Below are positions 36,247 to 46,734 of a stretch of DNA of 64,000 nucleotides, in pieces. Each line of letters begins with the position of its first letter. Within the stretch, counting starts at the first letter, position 1. The translations under genes were made by a program, and so were the position numbers. The notes under the pieces were generated by a model, which worked only from the letters and a program-made list of their open reading frames with translations, did no database searches and had not been told where the DNA came from. This DNA comes from Novosphingobium sp. (GTDB lineage Bacteria > Pseudomonadota > Alphaproteobacteria > Sphingomonadales > Sphingomonadaceae). The stretch lies in assembly GCF_020852455.1 (NCBI RefSeq), contig NZ_JADZAT010000001.1, positions 78,476-142,475 of the forward strand. Reading direction: 5' to 3'.

Positions 36247-37025
36247 ACGTGGCGCTCCGCCTGCATCTTCTTGATTTCGGCAATAGCGCGCGCCGGGCTG
36301 AGGCCCTTGGGGCAGACGTTGGCGCAGTTCATGATCGTGTGGCAGCGATAGAGCCGGAAGGGATCTTCCAGCTCGTCAAGCCGTTCACCGGTCATTTCGT
36401 CGCGGCTGTCGGCCAGCCAACGATAGGCCTGTAGCAGGATCGCCGGGCCCAGGAACTTGTCGCTGTTCCACCAGTAGCTGGGGCAGCTCGTCGAGCAACA
36501 GGCGCACAGGATGCACTCATAGAGGCCATCCAGCTTCTCGCGCTGTCCGGGGCTTTGCAGGCGCTCCTTGCCCGAGGGCGTGGTGCTGACGGTTTGGAGC
36601 CAGGGGCGGATGCTGGCGTACTGGGCATAGAAGTGCGTGAAATCGGGGACCAGGTCCTTGATCACTTCCATGTGCGGCAGCGGGGTGATCCGCACGTCGC
36701 CGGCCAGATCCTCGATTGCGGTGGTGCAGGCCAGGCCATTGCGCCCGTTCATGTTCATCGCGCAGGACCCGCAGATCCCTTCGCGACACGAGCGGCGGAA
36801 GGTGAGCGTCGGATCCATTTCCGACTTCATCTTGATCAGCGCGTCGAGCACCATCGGCCCGCAGTTGTCGAGATCGATCTCGAACGTATCGTAGCGCGGG
36901 TTTTCACCGCTGTCCGGATCATAGCGATAGACAGTGAACTTCTTGACCCGGCTTGCGCCATTCACGGAATGGGCAGTGCCTTTGCCGCTGATCTTGCTGT
37001 TTGCGGGAAGGGTGAAGCTCGCCAT
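36243..37025 (-). CDS. sdhB: Succinate dehydrogenase iron-sulfur subunit
   Basis: [36 protein letters not shown]. Confidence 0.98.
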   Translation of the reverse strand: MASFTLPANSKISGKGTAHSVNGASRVKKFTVYRYDPDSGENPRYDTFEIDLDNCGPMVLDALIKMKSEMDPTLTFRRSCREGICGSCAMNMNGRNGLACTTAIEDLAGDVRITPLPHMEVIKDLVPDFTHFYAQYASIRPWLQTVSTTPSGKERLQSPGQREKLDGLYECILCACCSTSCPSYWWNSDKFLGPAILLQAYRWLADSRDEMTGERLDELEDPFRLYRCHTIMNCANVCPKGLSPARAIAEIKKMQAERHV

Positions 37026-37115
37026 GTCGATCCCTGTTTGCTGGCCGGCCGTGCCGGACTTGGCGCTCTCTCTAGCGATTTGGCCCGTCAGGGCAAGGCA
37101 CGAATGGCATCAAAT

Positions 37116-37631
37116 TCAGCCACCTCCGATTCCCGCCGCCAGGTATTGGGTAACCAGCACCGCAACTGCCAAAGCGGCGGCGAAGATCGCGGCCATGGCG
37201 CTGACACGCGCCCAGACCATCGCGCGCGAATCGCTGTTCAGCCAGGTTGCCGGTGAGCGGAAGAAAAAGGCGGAGAGTTGCGACCCATCTCCTCCCCCGG
37301 CATCTGAACTGCCGACGGGCGAGATACCCTCCGCGCCGCCGCCGTTAGCCATTGCCGCCGTTCCGGGTAGGTGAATTTTTTGCCATGTCGGCTCGGAATC
37401 GGGTTCACCTATAGAAAATTCCTGCCGGTAAAGCCGTGCCAGTTCGCCGCGTGGCAGGCCGCCCAACCGGGCGCGGACGATCTCGATCCGCTGGTTTACG
37501 GCGCTTTCGGAAATCCCAAGCAGACCGGCGATTTCCTTGCTGGTGCGATTGTCAGCGACCAGCGCGAGCACGTCGCGCTGCTTGGCGGTCAGCTGGGGTA
37601 ACGCTTTCGCGGTATTGCCTTGATCTGTCAT
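37116..37631 (-). CDS. LuxR-type HTH protein with C-terminal TM helix (copy 1)
   Basis: LTAKQRDVLALVADNRTSKEIAGLLGISESAVNQRIEIVRARLG; C-terminal hydrophobic AMAAIFAAALAVAVLV. Confidence 0.85.
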   Translation of the reverse strand: MTDQGNTAKALPQLTAKQRDVLALVADNRTSKEIAGLLGISESAVNQRIEIVRARLGGLPRGELARLYRQEFSIGEPDSEPTWQKIHLPGTAAMANGGGAEGISPVGSSDAGGGDGSQLSAFFFRSPATWLNSDSRAMVWARVSAMAAIFAAALAVAVLVTQYLAAGIGGG

Positions 37632-37653
37632 GCAATCTCGCCTTGCCTGCGGC

Positions 37654-37682
37654 ATCTTAACTGCGGCGAAGCGGATCGACAA
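37654..37682 (-). promoter_or_regulatory. Sigma70-like promoter TTGTCG-N17-TAAGAT
   Basis: Minus strand, 22 nt upstream of ATG 37631. The ORF-track TTG at 37682 is the -35 box. Confidence 0.55.
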
Positions 37683-38162
37683 TCACTTGCGTTGCAATTG
37701 ATCGCGCCAGGGCGGGCGTTGGTCTGTTCCGGGCGGCCACTTGCGATGGCGCAGCCAGCCCAGCAGAAATGCCAAGGCGGCGACAAAGTGACCTGATTCC
37801 ACGATCAGCGCCGTAGCGCGGGGCAAGGTGGCAAGTCCGGTCAGGGCCAGCCACTGGGCGCTGGCCGCGACCAGAAATCCCGCCGCCAGCAGTGCCGGAT
37901 AATGCCGGTTGGCCTTGAGTGCGAGCGGAACGAGCCACGCCAGCGCCAGACTGTCGATCAGGGTATGGGCCAACAAGGCGCCGCCCATCACTGCCCAGGC
38001 GGCTAAGTCGAGCAGTGCGATCGATCCCAGGATCAGGATGCCTGCCTTTTCGGGTGGACCCGCGTTGCGCCAGCCGAGCGGAAGGCCAAGCACCAGCAGC
38101 AGTGTGATCAATCCGGGCGAATGCCAGCCCAACAGGGCCAATGACAGGTCGGGCGCAGCCAC
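37683..38162 (-). CDS. Multi-TM membrane protein of unknown function
   Basis: GTG 38162, 4 nt after the upstream stop; about 159 aa with 4-5 hydrophobic segments (GPPEKAG..., ALKANRHYP). Confidence 0.7.
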   Translation of the reverse strand: MAAPDLSLALLGWHSPGLITLLLVLGLPLGWRNAGPPEKAGILILGSIALLDLAAWAVMGGALLAHTLIDSLALAWLVPLALKANRHYPALLAAGFLVAASAQWLALTGLATLPRATALIVESGHFVAALAFLLGWLRHRKWPPGTDQRPPWRDQLQRK

Positions 38163-38166
38163 GCGG

Positions 38167-38685
38167 CTATCCGTTGCTCGCCAGCAATCGCGAAAGTTTG
38201 TCGATAAGATCGAGCAGCAACACGCCGAATGCGACCATGCCGAGCGCCAAGCCGACGATCGCGCCCAACCGGACCCAGACCGCGCCAGGACCGTTCCAGA
38301 TCGAAGGGGGGGTGGAGGGTTGCAACCTGCCGCTTCCTTCGCCGGCTTCTGGCACGGCAAGATCGACGACACCCTCCGCTGAATAGGGTTGCGTGCGATC
38401 GTCGCCGGCCTGAAGCTGGATTGGCTTACCTGTAATCGGATTACTGGAAGGAATTGTGATCAACAGGGTCGATTGACGGCGATAGAGTCGGGCAATCTGG
38501 GCCCTTGGCAAGCCTCCCAGGCGCTGGCGGATTGTCTCGATCCGTTGGTTGACCGCACTTTCGGAAACGCCCAGTTTTCTGCCAATTTCCTTGCTGGTCA
38601 GGCCATCTGAAACATAGGCCAGCACTTCACGCTGCTTGGGGGTCAGCCGGTCGAGAAGCGCGGTCTGTTCAAGGATGTCTGCCAT
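38167..38685 (-). CDS. LuxR-type HTH protein with C-terminal TM helix (copy 2)
   Basis: LTPKQREVLAYVSDGLTSKEIGRKLGVSESAVNQRIETIRQRLG; C-terminal LGAIVGLALGMVAFGVLLL. Confidence 0.87.
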   Translation of the reverse strand: MADILEQTALLDRLTPKQREVLAYVSDGLTSKEIGRKLGVSESAVNQRIETIRQRLGGLPRAQIARLYRRQSTLLITIPSSNPITGKPIQLQAGDDRTQPYSAEGVVDLAVPEAGEGSGRLQPSTPPSIWNGPGAVWVRLGAIVGLALGMVAFGVLLLDLIDKLSRLLASNG

Positions 38686-38694
38686 GCAGGGGGA

Positions 38695-38723
38695 ATGATA
38701 GCCCGGTGTGGGGCTGGTAACAA
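38695..38723 (-). promoter_or_regulatory. Sigma70-like promoter TTGTTA-N17-TATCAT
   Basis: The -10 box ends 9 nt before ATG 38685; no SD sequence in between. Confidence 0.55.
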
Positions 38724-38730
38724 ATTCATT

Positions 38731-39615
38731 CTAGCGTCGAGCCGCAACCTCGATGATCGCGGCAACGAATCCCTGCGGATCGTCCTCCTGGATGAAGTGC
38801 CCGCCGTGCAATGTGCGGTGCGCCATCTTCTGTGTTCCTGGCACCCGTTCGCGCCAGATCGCATCGCCGCCGCGGGTAATCGGATCGCCATCGGAAAAGC
38901 AGCACAGGAATGGTTTGGTCCAGCCTTCAAATACCTGCCAGGCCTTCTTCTGGTCCGGCACGGCCGGATTACCGGCGAAGGGGACCAGCCCCGGATAGAC
39001 CCGCGCGGCAACCTTGCTGGCGCGGGTCGGGAAGGGGGCATCGTAAGCGGCGATCTCTTGCGGCGAGAGCGCTCGCTTGGTGCCAGACTTGACGATCTTG
39101 CCGATCGGGAACAGCGGGCTGTAGCGCGAGAAGGCGCGCCAGATCGCGAAGGCTCGCGGAGGCTCGCCGCCTTCGGGCAGGCCGCCGTTGGACAGCGCGA
39201 CGCCGTGAAACCGCTCGGGCATTTCGGCGGCCAGCCGCAGTCCGATCAGCGATCCCCAGTCCTGACAGCCCAGCGTCATGCCTTTAAGGTCAAGCGCCTC
39301 GATCCATTCGCGCATCCAGCCAACCTGTGCGGCATAGCTGTAGTCGCTCCGGGCCAGCGGCTTGTCGCTCTTGCCGAAGCCGATCAGGTCGGGCGCCACC
39401 ACGCGAAAGCCTTGGGCAGTCAGCAGCGGGATCATATGCCGGAACAGGTAGCACCAGGTCGGCTCACCATGCAGCAGGAACACCACCTGCCCATCGCGTG
39501 GACCTTCATCAAGGTAGTGAACCCGCAGCCCCTGACCTAATTCGAGGTAGTTTGAGGCAAATGGAAAGTCGGGCAACGCCGCGAACCGCTCCTCGGATGT
39601 GCGATAAACCTGCAT
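38731..39615 (-). CDS. Haloalkane dehalogenase (HLD-I/DhlA-like)
   Basis: HGEPTW, PDLIGFGKSDKP, QDWG nucleophile with adjacent Trp, SDGDPI acid, GGHFIQED base. Confidence 0.9.
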   Translation of the reverse strand: MQVYRTSEERFAALPDFPFASNYLELGQGLRVHYLDEGPRDGQVVFLLHGEPTWCYLFRHMIPLLTAQGFRVVAPDLIGFGKSDKPLARSDYSYAAQVGWMREWIEALDLKGMTLGCQDWGSLIGLRLAAEMPERFHGVALSNGGLPEGGEPPRAFAIWRAFSRYSPLFPIGKIVKSGTKRALSPQEIAAYDAPFPTRASKVAARVYPGLVPFAGNPAVPDQKKAWQVFEGWTKPFLCCFSDGDPITRGGDAIWRERVPGTQKMAHRTLHGGHFIQEDDPQGFVAAIIEVAARR

Positions 39616-39682
39616 TTCCTGTTTCCCTCCCCCATGAATGTGGCATCATGGCGCGGATTTTGGGCAGGGGGAAGGATCGAAA

Positions 39683-40315
39683 ATGGGCTTTGCACGCTGG
39701 TATGATGAACACATCGTTCCCCGGGTGATCCAGTGCGCCTGTTCCTCGCCTGCGATCATGAAGGTGCGCGATCAGGTGGTGCCGCTTGCAGCCGGCAAGG
39801 TATTTGAGATTGGCTGCGGAGGCGGAATCAACCAGCAGTTCTATGACACGGCCAAGGTCGCCAGCTTTTCCGGCATGGATCCGTCCGCCAAGGGGCTTGA
39901 TTATGCCCGCGCTGCTGCAGCCGAGAAGGGCTGGCAGGCCGATATTCGCCAGGGCTTTGGCGAGGCGATCCCGTTCGAGGATGAAAGCTTCGATTGCGTG
40001 GTCTGCACCTACACGCTTTGCTCGGTGGGCGATCAGGCACAGACGGTGCGCGAACTGCGCCGGATCCTGAAGCCGGGCGGGCGTATGCTGTTCGCCGAGC
40101 ATGGCAGCGCGCCGGATGCCGATGTGCGCAAATGGCAGGGACGGATCGAACCGGTCTGGAAGCGCCTTGCTGGCGGTTGCCATCTTACCCGGCCGATCAG
40201 CTCTGTGGTGGAACAGGGCGGGTTCACCGTCAGTCCGATCGGCGCGCGTTATGCCCCCAAGACCCCGCGCTGGGCGGGCTGGATGGAATGGGGCGAGGCG
40301 GTGAAAGCAGGTTAG
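39683..40315 (+). CDS. Class I SAM-dependent methyltransferase
   Basis: VFEIGCGGG, GMDPS, SFDCVVCTYTLCSV, RILKPGG, AEHG. Confidence 0.9.
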   Translation: MGFARWYDEHIVPRVIQCACSSPAIMKVRDQVVPLAAGKVFEIGCGGGINQQFYDTAKVASFSGMDPSAKGLDYARAAAAEKGWQADIRQGFGEAIPFEDESFDCVVCTYTLCSVGDQAQTVRELRRILKPGGRMLFAEHGSAPDADVRKWQGRIEPVWKRLAGGCHLTRPISSVVEQGGFTVSPIGARYAPKTPRWAGWMEWGEAVKAG

Positions 40316-41469
40316 GCCGCCGCATCCTGGCTTAACAAGCGCCCCATGATCCTTCTGACCGGAGGCAGAGCGCCCAGCCTCAGCACACCCGCGCGGATCG
40401 GGCGGGCGAGCAGTCGATCGTCGGTGTAAAGCTTCACCAGTTGGCGGGTCGCTTCATAGAGCGGCAGCGTGGCCAGACGGTGCTGGCGGGCATAGCGCGA
40501 CAGCAAGTGTGCCGCGCCCGGGTCCGCAGCCTGACCGACCAGTTGCCCCAGTCGCCAGGCACCGAGCAGCCCGAAGTTGAAGCCGTGTGCGGTAACCGGA
40601 TGCATGCCGACAGCGGTATCTCCGATCAGGGCGCAGCGCGGACCAGCAAATCGTTCGGCAAAGGTCATCGCCAGTGGGTAGGGCGTCGGCTTGGTCAGCA
40701 AGGTCACCTGACCCCAGCGCTGGCCCAAAAATCCGGCCATGCGGTGTTCGAGCGCGGCACCCTCCAGCGCGCAGACTTCACGGGCTTCGTCGTTAGCCAG
40801 GGTAACCACCAGACCCGACGTGCCCTCGGCCAACGGTAGCAGGGCGACGGTGCGGCCATGATCGAACCACTCGGTCGAGGTGTGGCGATGCGGCAGGGTG
40901 TGGGCGATCCGGCAGACCAGCATGGTGTGGCCAAAGCGTGTGACCGAAGCGTCGATCCCCAGTGCGTCACGCAGTTTCGAAAAGCGCGAATCCGCTGCGA
41001 TCAGCAAGTCGCCGACCAGTTCGCTGCCATCATCGAGTGTTACCGCAACGCCGGTTTCACCTATGCGGGGTTCTACGACCCGCCTGCCACAGCGCAGTTC
41101 GACATTGGGCTGATCCTCGATCGCGGCATAGAGACCGGCGCGGATCACGTGGTTCGAAACCAGGTTGCCCAGGCTATCGCCACGCTCCGGGCCGATCTGC
41201 ATGGCAAATGGCGAAGCGCCATTGAGCACGCGGGCTTCGCATAAGGGGTGGATCGCGTCGGCCGGAAAGCTTTGCCAGACGCCCATTTCCTTGAGGATCG
41301 CCTCTGATCGCCGGGTCAGGGCGATTTCGCGGCCATCGGGTGCCGGGGCTGCCAGGGCAGCTTGTGCTTGCGGTTCGATCACCACCACCCGGTGCGGAGA
41401 TCCGGCCAGGGCGCAGGCAAAGCTCAGACCGGCGGGGCCGCCGCCGGCTACGATGATGGTTCGACGCAT
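40312..41469 (-). CDS. ubiM: Ubiquinone biosynthesis hydroxylase UbiM-like
   Basis: AGGGPAG, DGREIAL, LLIAADSRFS, LIGDTAVGMHPVTAHGFNFG. Confidence 0.85.
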   Translation of the reverse strand: MRRTIIVAGGGPAGLSFACALAGSPHRVVVIEPQAQAALAAPAPDGREIALTRRSEAILKEMGVWQSFPADAIHPLCEARVLNGASPFAMQIGPERGDSLGNLVSNHVIRAGLYAAIEDQPNVELRCGRRVVEPRIGETGVAVTLDDGSELVGDLLIAADSRFSKLRDALGIDASVTRFGHTMLVCRIAHTLPHRHTSTEWFDHGRTVALLPLAEGTSGLVVTLANDEAREVCALEGAALEHRMAGFLGQRWGQVTLLTKPTPYPLAMTFAERFAGPRCALIGDTAVGMHPVTAHGFNFGLLGAWRLGQLVGQAADPGAAHLLSRYARQHRLATLPLYEATRQLVKLYTDDRLLARPIRAGVLRLGALPPVRRIMGRLLSQDAAA

Positions 41470-41524
41470 GATCACCTCTATGCCGCTTGATAATTGCTAA
41501 TCGCTTGCAGCGAATTGGCGCAGA

Positions 41525-42232
41525 TCAATCGGCGGTCAGGATCTCGTCGAAGAAGCTCTGCATTGCGGTCCAGCTTTGCCGGTCGGCGCTGGAATCAAAG
41601 GCGATCGGTCCGCCTGCTGGCGGTGGATTGGGATTGGTATAGCCGTGGCGTACGCCGCTATAGCTGTGGAAGTGCCAGTTGGCGCCAACCCGGTCCATTT
41701 CTTCCCAGAAGGACAGGACCTGGCTGCGCGGAACCAGACTGTCGGCATCACCGTGGCAAACCAGAATACGCGGCTTGATCGGCGCATTGGCCGGACGGGT
41801 TGTATCAAGCAGACCATGGAAACTGACCACGCCCAGCAGGTCAGCTCCGGCCCGGGCCAGGTCAAGTACCGCCATGCCGCCCATGCAGAAGCCGATCGCC
41901 AGCCGGGGCAGATCGCGGGATTCTTCCAGCTCGTCGAATACCTCAAGGGCTGTCAGCAACCGGGTGCGAAACCCATCGGTATCGCGGACAAGCTGCTGCG
42001 AGAGTACCTGCGATGCGGCAAAATCCGCCACCGGCTCGCCATAGTAGTCAGCGATAAAGGCCAGGTATCCGGCCTGGGCCAGGGCCTGCGCCTTGGCTTC
42101 CACTGCCGGGGTCTTGTTCATGATGGTCGGAAAGACTGCGATGGCGGCCCGTGCTGCTCCGACTGGCCGCGCCAGCCAGCCGGTCAGCGCGGTTGCGCCG
42201 TCGTGATAGTCGATCCGCTCCAGCGCGGTCAT
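41525..42232 (-). CDS. Dienelactone hydrolase family protein
   Basis: IGFCMGG, VVSFHG, CHGDAD, HGYTNP. Confidence 0.9.
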   Translation of the reverse strand: MTALERIDYHDGATALTGWLARPVGAARAAIAVFPTIMNKTPAVEAKAQALAQAGYLAFIADYYGEPVADFAASQVLSQQLVRDTDGFRTRLLTALEVFDELEESRDLPRLAIGFCMGGMAVLDLARAGADLLGVVSFHGLLDTTRPANAPIKPRILVCHGDADSLVPRSQVLSFWEEMDRVGANWHFHSYSGVRHGYTNPNPPPAGGPIAFDSSADRQSWTAMQSFFDEILTAD

Positions 42233-43146
42233 TCGGGCAGGAAGTCCGGCACCGAAAGATAACGCTCGCCGGTGTCGTAGTTGAAGCCCAGCACGCGGCT
42301 GCCGGCGGGCAGCTCGGCCAGCTTCTGCTTGATCGCGGCCAAGGTTGCGCCCGAACTGATGCCGACCAGCATACCTTCCTTCGTGGCGCACAGCCGCGCC
42401 ATTTCCTTGGCATCGGCGGGATCGACCTGGATCGCACCGTCGATCGCCTGGGTGTGGAGGTTGGCGGGAATGAAGCCGGCGCCGATCCCCTGAATCGGGT
42501 GCGGGGCGGGCTGCCCGCCCGAGATCACCGGCGACAGTGTCGGCTCAACCGCAAAGGCCTTCATCGCCGGCCACTTGGCCTTGAGCGCTTCGGCGCAGCC
42601 GGTCAGGTGACCGCCGGTGCCAACGCCCGTGATCAGCGCATCAAGCGGGGTGTCGGCGAAGTCGGCCAGGATTTCCTGCGCGGTGGTGCGCACGTGTACG
42701 GCAATGTTGGCGGGGTTTTCGAACTGCTGGGGCATCCACGCGCCGGGGGTGGATGCGACCAGTTCGTGTGCACGCTCGATCGCGCCCTTCATGCCCTTTT
42801 CACGCGGGGTCAGGTCGAAAGTGGCGCCATAGGCCAACATCAGCCGGCGGCGCTCGATCGACATCGATTCGGGCATGACCAGCACCAGTTTGTAGCCCTT
42901 GACCGCAGCTGCCATGGCCAGGCCGATCCCGGTGTTGCCGCTGGTCGGCTCGACAATGGTGCCGCCGGGTTTGAGGCTGCCGTCGGTTTCGGCGGCTTCG
43001 ATCATGGCCAGGCCGATCCGGTCCTTGATCGAACCGCCCGGATTGGCGCGTTCGGCCTTCACCCAGACCTCATGGTCCGGGAACAAGCGCGACAAGCGGA
43101 TATGCGGGGTGTTGCCGATAGTGGCGAGGATGCTGTCAGCCTTCAT
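42229..43146 (-). CDS. cysK: Cysteine synthase A
   Basis: [43 protein letters not shown]. Confidence 0.96.
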   Translation of the reverse strand: MKADSILATIGNTPHIRLSRLFPDHEVWVKAERANPGGSIKDRIGLAMIEAAETDGSLKPGGTIVEPTSGNTGIGLAMAAAVKGYKLVLVMPESMSIERRRLMLAYGATFDLTPREKGMKGAIERAHELVASTPGAWMPQQFENPANIAVHVRTTAQEILADFADTPLDALITGVGTGGHLTGCAEALKAKWPAMKAFAVEPTLSPVISGGQPAPHPIQGIGAGFIPANLHTQAIDGAIQVDPADAKEMARLCATKEGMLVGISSGATLAAIKQKLAELPAGSRVLGFNYDTGERYLSVPDFLPE

Positions 43147-44411
43147 GAGACTTCTTCCTTCTGTCGATATTGCGGGGCGAAGGTCTTCGCCCGTTTGAGT
43201 TCGGGGAACAGCCAGGTCCAGATTCCGGTTACCACGATCGCCCCGGCACCGCCCAGCGCCACCGCGCCGACCGGCCCCAGTGCTGCGGCAGCCAGACCCG
43301 ATTGCATTTCGCCCAGCTCGTTCGAGGCCGAGATTGCCAGCCCGCTGATCGAGGAGACGCGTCCGCGCTTGTCGTCAGGCGTGTTGAGCTGGACCAGCGT
43401 GTTGCGGATGAACACCGAGATCGCATCGGCCGCGCCCAGCAGCGCCATCATCGCCAGCGAGAGCGGGAAGCTCTTGGAGAGTCCAAAGACCAGCGTGGCG
43501 AGGCCATAGACCGCTACGGCCCACAGCATCTTGGTGCCGACGTTTCGCGCAATCGGGCGAAAGCCCAGCCAGGTCGCAACCAGCACCGCACCCAGCGCCG
43601 GCGCGGCGCGCAGCAGGCCCAGCCCCTCATCGCCCACGTGCAGCACGTCATAGGCAAAGGCTGGCAACATCGCGGTGGCGCCGCCCAGCAATACCGCGAA
43701 CAGATCAAGCGTGACGCAGCCCAGCAGGAAGCGTTCGTGCCAGACGAAACGCGCACCTTCGGCCATCAGCTTGAGCGGTTTCTCCTTGGCGGCGGCGGGC
43801 GGGGCGCGGTGGTTGATCGCCAGCAGCGCGGTAACCCCAAGGCCCAGCATGATCGCCGAAAATTGGTAAGGCAGGCTCTCGCTCTTTGCCAGCATGAACC
43901 CGCCCAGGGCGGGGCCGATCACAGCTGCGCTTTGCCAGGCGACCGAACTGATCGCGATCGCCTTGGGTAGCAGTTCGGGTGGAACCACGTTGGGAGTAAT
44001 CGCGCTCATCGCGGGGCCAATGAAGACGCGCGCCGCACCATATGCCGCAGCCATCGTCAGCAGCAGTGGCAGGGTCAGGAAGCCATCGGCATTGGCCAGA
44101 GCCAGCAATGCTGCGATCACCAGGTCGGCAAGGCAGGCGGCGGCGGCGACGTAGCGGCGGTCCATCCGGTCAGCCAGCACCCCGGCGATCGGGGTCAACA
44201 GCATGAAGGGGATGAACTGGACCAGCCCCAGCACGCCGATCAGGAACGAAGCCTCAGCCTCGGACATGCCATACTGGGTGCGGGCCAGCTGATAGGTCTG
44301 CGCGCCGATCACCACCACCATCGCCGTGGTTGCGGCGGTGTTGATGAAGCGCGCCAGCCAGATCAGCCGGTAGTCACGGATGTGCAGAGGGTGGGTGGGT
44401 GCGCTCACCAC
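43143..44411 (-). CDS. MFS transporter (DHA3/EntS-like)
   Basis: About 12 TM segments, [27 protein letters not shown]. Confidence 0.9.
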   Translation of the reverse strand: MVSAPTHPLHIRDYRLIWLARFINTAATTAMVVVIGAQTYQLARTQYGMSEAEASFLIGVLGLVQFIPFMLLTPIAGVLADRMDRRYVAAAACLADLVIAALLALANADGFLTLPLLLTMAAAYGAARVFIGPAMSAITPNVVPPELLPKAIAISSVAWQSAAVIGPALGGFMLAKSESLPYQFSAIMLGLGVTALLAINHRAPPAAAKEKPLKLMAEGARFVWHERFLLGCVTLDLFAVLLGGATAMLPAFAYDVLHVGDEGLGLLRAAPALGAVLVATWLGFRPIARNVGTKMLWAVAVYGLATLVFGLSKSFPLSLAMMALLGAADAISVFIRNTLVQLNTPDDKRGRVSSISGLAISASNELGEMQSGLAAAALGPVGAVALGGAGAIVVTGIWTWLFPELKRAKTFAPQYRQKEEVS

Positions 44412-44477
44412 ACCCGAATGGCAGCGCGCGGCGCGCTTGCCAAGCGGTCAGATACTTTGCGGGGTGATAACGCCGCT

Positions 44478-44816
44478 TTAGCGGCTGCGCCGCAGGCGCG
44501 GGTTGGGCTGCAGCGAATCGATCATGCGCATGAAGTCGTCGAACCGGATGATCCGTTCGAACTGGAACCCGGCTCGGCCTTCGGCAGCCCAGATCAGGTG
44601 CGCCTCGATCCGACCCACTTCGGGCAGGCGGATGACGATCCGCTCACCGCGGCTCAGCTCAAGGTCGCCCTCGACCATGAAGCCATGCGCAGAGATGTTG
44701 ACGATATGCATATGCACGTCGCCCAGGCGGCGGTGTTCGCCGATTACCTTGTGGTCAACCGGGTGACGCGCCGCACGGCGCATGTCGGTGACTGTCAGTT
44801 GAGCTCCTGCGCCCAT
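44478..44816 (-). CDS. PilZ domain protein
   Basis: RRAARH (RxxxR) and NISAHG (D/NxSxxG). Confidence 0.88.
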   Translation of the reverse strand: MGAGAQLTVTDMRRAARHPVDHKVIGEHRRLGDVHMHIVNISAHGFMVEGDLELSRGERIVIRLPEVGRIEAHLIWAAEGRAGFQFERIIRFDDFMRMIDSLQPNPRLRRSR

Positions 44817-44906
44817 GCCGCTGCTTGCCTCCCGAGATTGTTCACAGCGTCTGCCGTTCTGCCCGGGAAAGACAAAGATTGGGTAAATTGCGGCAAGAAA
44901 TTGCCG

Positions 44907-46130
44907 TCAGACCGGCCGAAGTATGCCGTGTTTCTTCTTGCCCGATGACAATCGCTGCTCAATTCCGCCTGCAATATGAAGTGCTTCGTTGGTTACCGCA
45001 TTGCCATCAAGGCGTGCGCCGCCACCGGCAATTAATCGCTTTGCTTCACCCTTCGAAGCCGCGAATCCGATCGCAACGAGCGCATCGACCACCGAAATCC
45101 CTTCCGGAGGCAGCGTCAGGACCGGCAGATTCTCTCCCAGTCCGCCGCCAGCAAAGGTGGCCGCAGCGGTGGATTCGGCAGCCTTTGCGGCCTCCTCACC
45201 GCGGCACAGCCGGGTAATCTCGTTGGCCAGGACCACCTTGGCCTGGTTGATCTCGCTGCCTTCAAGCGCTTCGAGCCGGGCAATCTCGTCCAGCGGCAGG
45301 TCGGTGAACAGCCGCAGGAACTTGCCGACATCGCGGTCGTCGGCATTGCGCCAATACTGCCAGAAGTCGTAGCTGGGCAGGGCATCCTCGTTGAGCCAGA
45401 CCGCGCCGGCGGCGGTCTTGCCCATCTTGGCCCCGTCGGCGGTGGTCAGCAGCGGGGTCGTGACCCCGAATACCTCGACACCGTCCATCCGCCGGGCCAG
45501 TTCGATCCCGTTGACGATGTTGCCCCACTGGTCGCTGCCGCCCATCTGCAGGCGCACGCCCATGTGCTTTTCCAGATGCCGGAAATCATAGCCCTGAAGG
45601 ATCATGTAGTTGAATTCGAGGAAGGTCATCGGCTGTTCGCGGTCCAGCCGCAGCTTGACCGAATCGAAAGTCAGCATCCGGTTGACCGTGAAATGGGTGC
45701 CCACTTCCTGCAGCAGCTCGATATAGCCGAGCTGGCCAAGCCAGTCGTGGTTGTTGACCATCACCGCGTCGGTCGGCCCGTCGCCGAAAGTGAGGTAGCG
45801 TTCGAACACCGTACGGATCGAGGCGATGTTGGCATCGATCGTTGCGTCCGACAGCATCTTGCGGCTCTCGTCGCGGCCGGTCGGATCGCCAATCCGGGTT
45901 GTCCCGCCGCCCATCAGCACCACCGGCTTGTGCCCGGCCTGCTGCAAGCGGCGAAGCAGCATGATCTGCACCAGCGATCCGACATGCAGCGATGGCGCCG
46001 TGGCATCGAAGCCGATATAGCCGGGCACAACCTGCGCGTTCGCAAGCTTGTCGAGCCCTTCGGCATCGGTCAGCTGATGGATGTAGCCGCGTTCGTCGAG
46101 CAGGCGGAGTAGGGTTGAGGTATATGTCAT
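44907..46130 (-). CDS. tyrS: Tyrosine--tRNA ligase
   Basis: [15 protein letters not shown] (HIGH-like), [16 protein letters not shown]4 tail. Confidence 0.98.
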   Translation of the reverse strand: MTYTSTLLRLLDERGYIHQLTDAEGLDKLANAQVVPGYIGFDATAPSLHVGSLVQIMLLRRLQQAGHKPVVLMGGGTTRIGDPTGRDESRKMLSDATIDANIASIRTVFERYLTFGDGPTDAVMVNNHDWLGQLGYIELLQEVGTHFTVNRMLTFDSVKLRLDREQPMTFLEFNYMILQGYDFRHLEKHMGVRLQMGGSDQWGNIVNGIELARRMDGVEVFGVTTPLLTTADGAKMGKTAAGAVWLNEDALPSYDFWQYWRNADDRDVGKFLRLFTDLPLDEIARLEALEGSEINQAKVVLANEITRLCRGEEAAKAAESTAAATFAGGGLGENLPVLTLPPEGISVVDALVAIGFAASKGEAKRLIAGGGARLDGNAVTNEALHIAGGIEQRLSSGKKKHGILRPV

Positions 46131-46177
46131 GGCGGCCTTCTGGTTTGCGGAGGCGCGCCTAGCATGGGGAGGGCGGT

Positions 46178-46732
46178 TTGGAAAAGGTCTTGGGGAAATT
46201 CGGCTTCGTCCCCCACCCCGACTTTCAGCATCCTGATCTCATGATTGGCTGCAAGGTATCCACCTCCGGCGCTGAGACGCTGAAATTCGAATATGTCGTG
46301 ATCGGTGATATCGAGCAGCTAGCGATACCTGGACCAGCACCACGGCAGCGTACCGATGGCCTTTGGCAACATACCTGTATGGAGGCCTTCATCATGGTAG
46401 GCGATGGCAGCTATCTCGAGCTAAACTTCTCGCCATCCGGGCAATGGGCAACTTATCGTTTTTCGGACTACCGAGAGGGCATGGCCGAGGCCTCCGACAT
46501 TGCCCTGAAGCCGCTGGCTATGGGTTGGCAAAAGTCGTCTATGAGGTTCTGGCTGGCGGCGGAAGTTGAGGTTCCTGAGCTTGTCCCGACGAACGAATGC
46601 CGATTAGGTCTTGCTGCAGTGATCGAGGAAACGGACGGCAGCAAGAGCTACTGGGCGCTGGCCCATCCGCCGGGCAAACCCGATTTCCACCATCCCGCTT
46701 GCTTTGCCGCCACGCTTCCGGCACCGCTCTGA
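46178..46732 (+). CDS. DOMON-like domain protein
   Basis: [38 protein letters not shown]; TTG start after GGGAGGG. Confidence 0.8.
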   Translation: MEKVLGKFGFVPHPDFQHPDLMIGCKVSTSGAETLKFEYVVIGDIEQLAIPGPAPRQRTDGLWQHTCMEAFIMVGDGSYLELNFSPSGQWATYRFSDYREGMAEASDIALKPLAMGWQKSSMRFWLAAEVEVPELVPTNECRLGLAAVIEETDGSKSYWALAHPPGKPDFHHPACFAATLPAPL

Positions 46733-46734
46733 CC

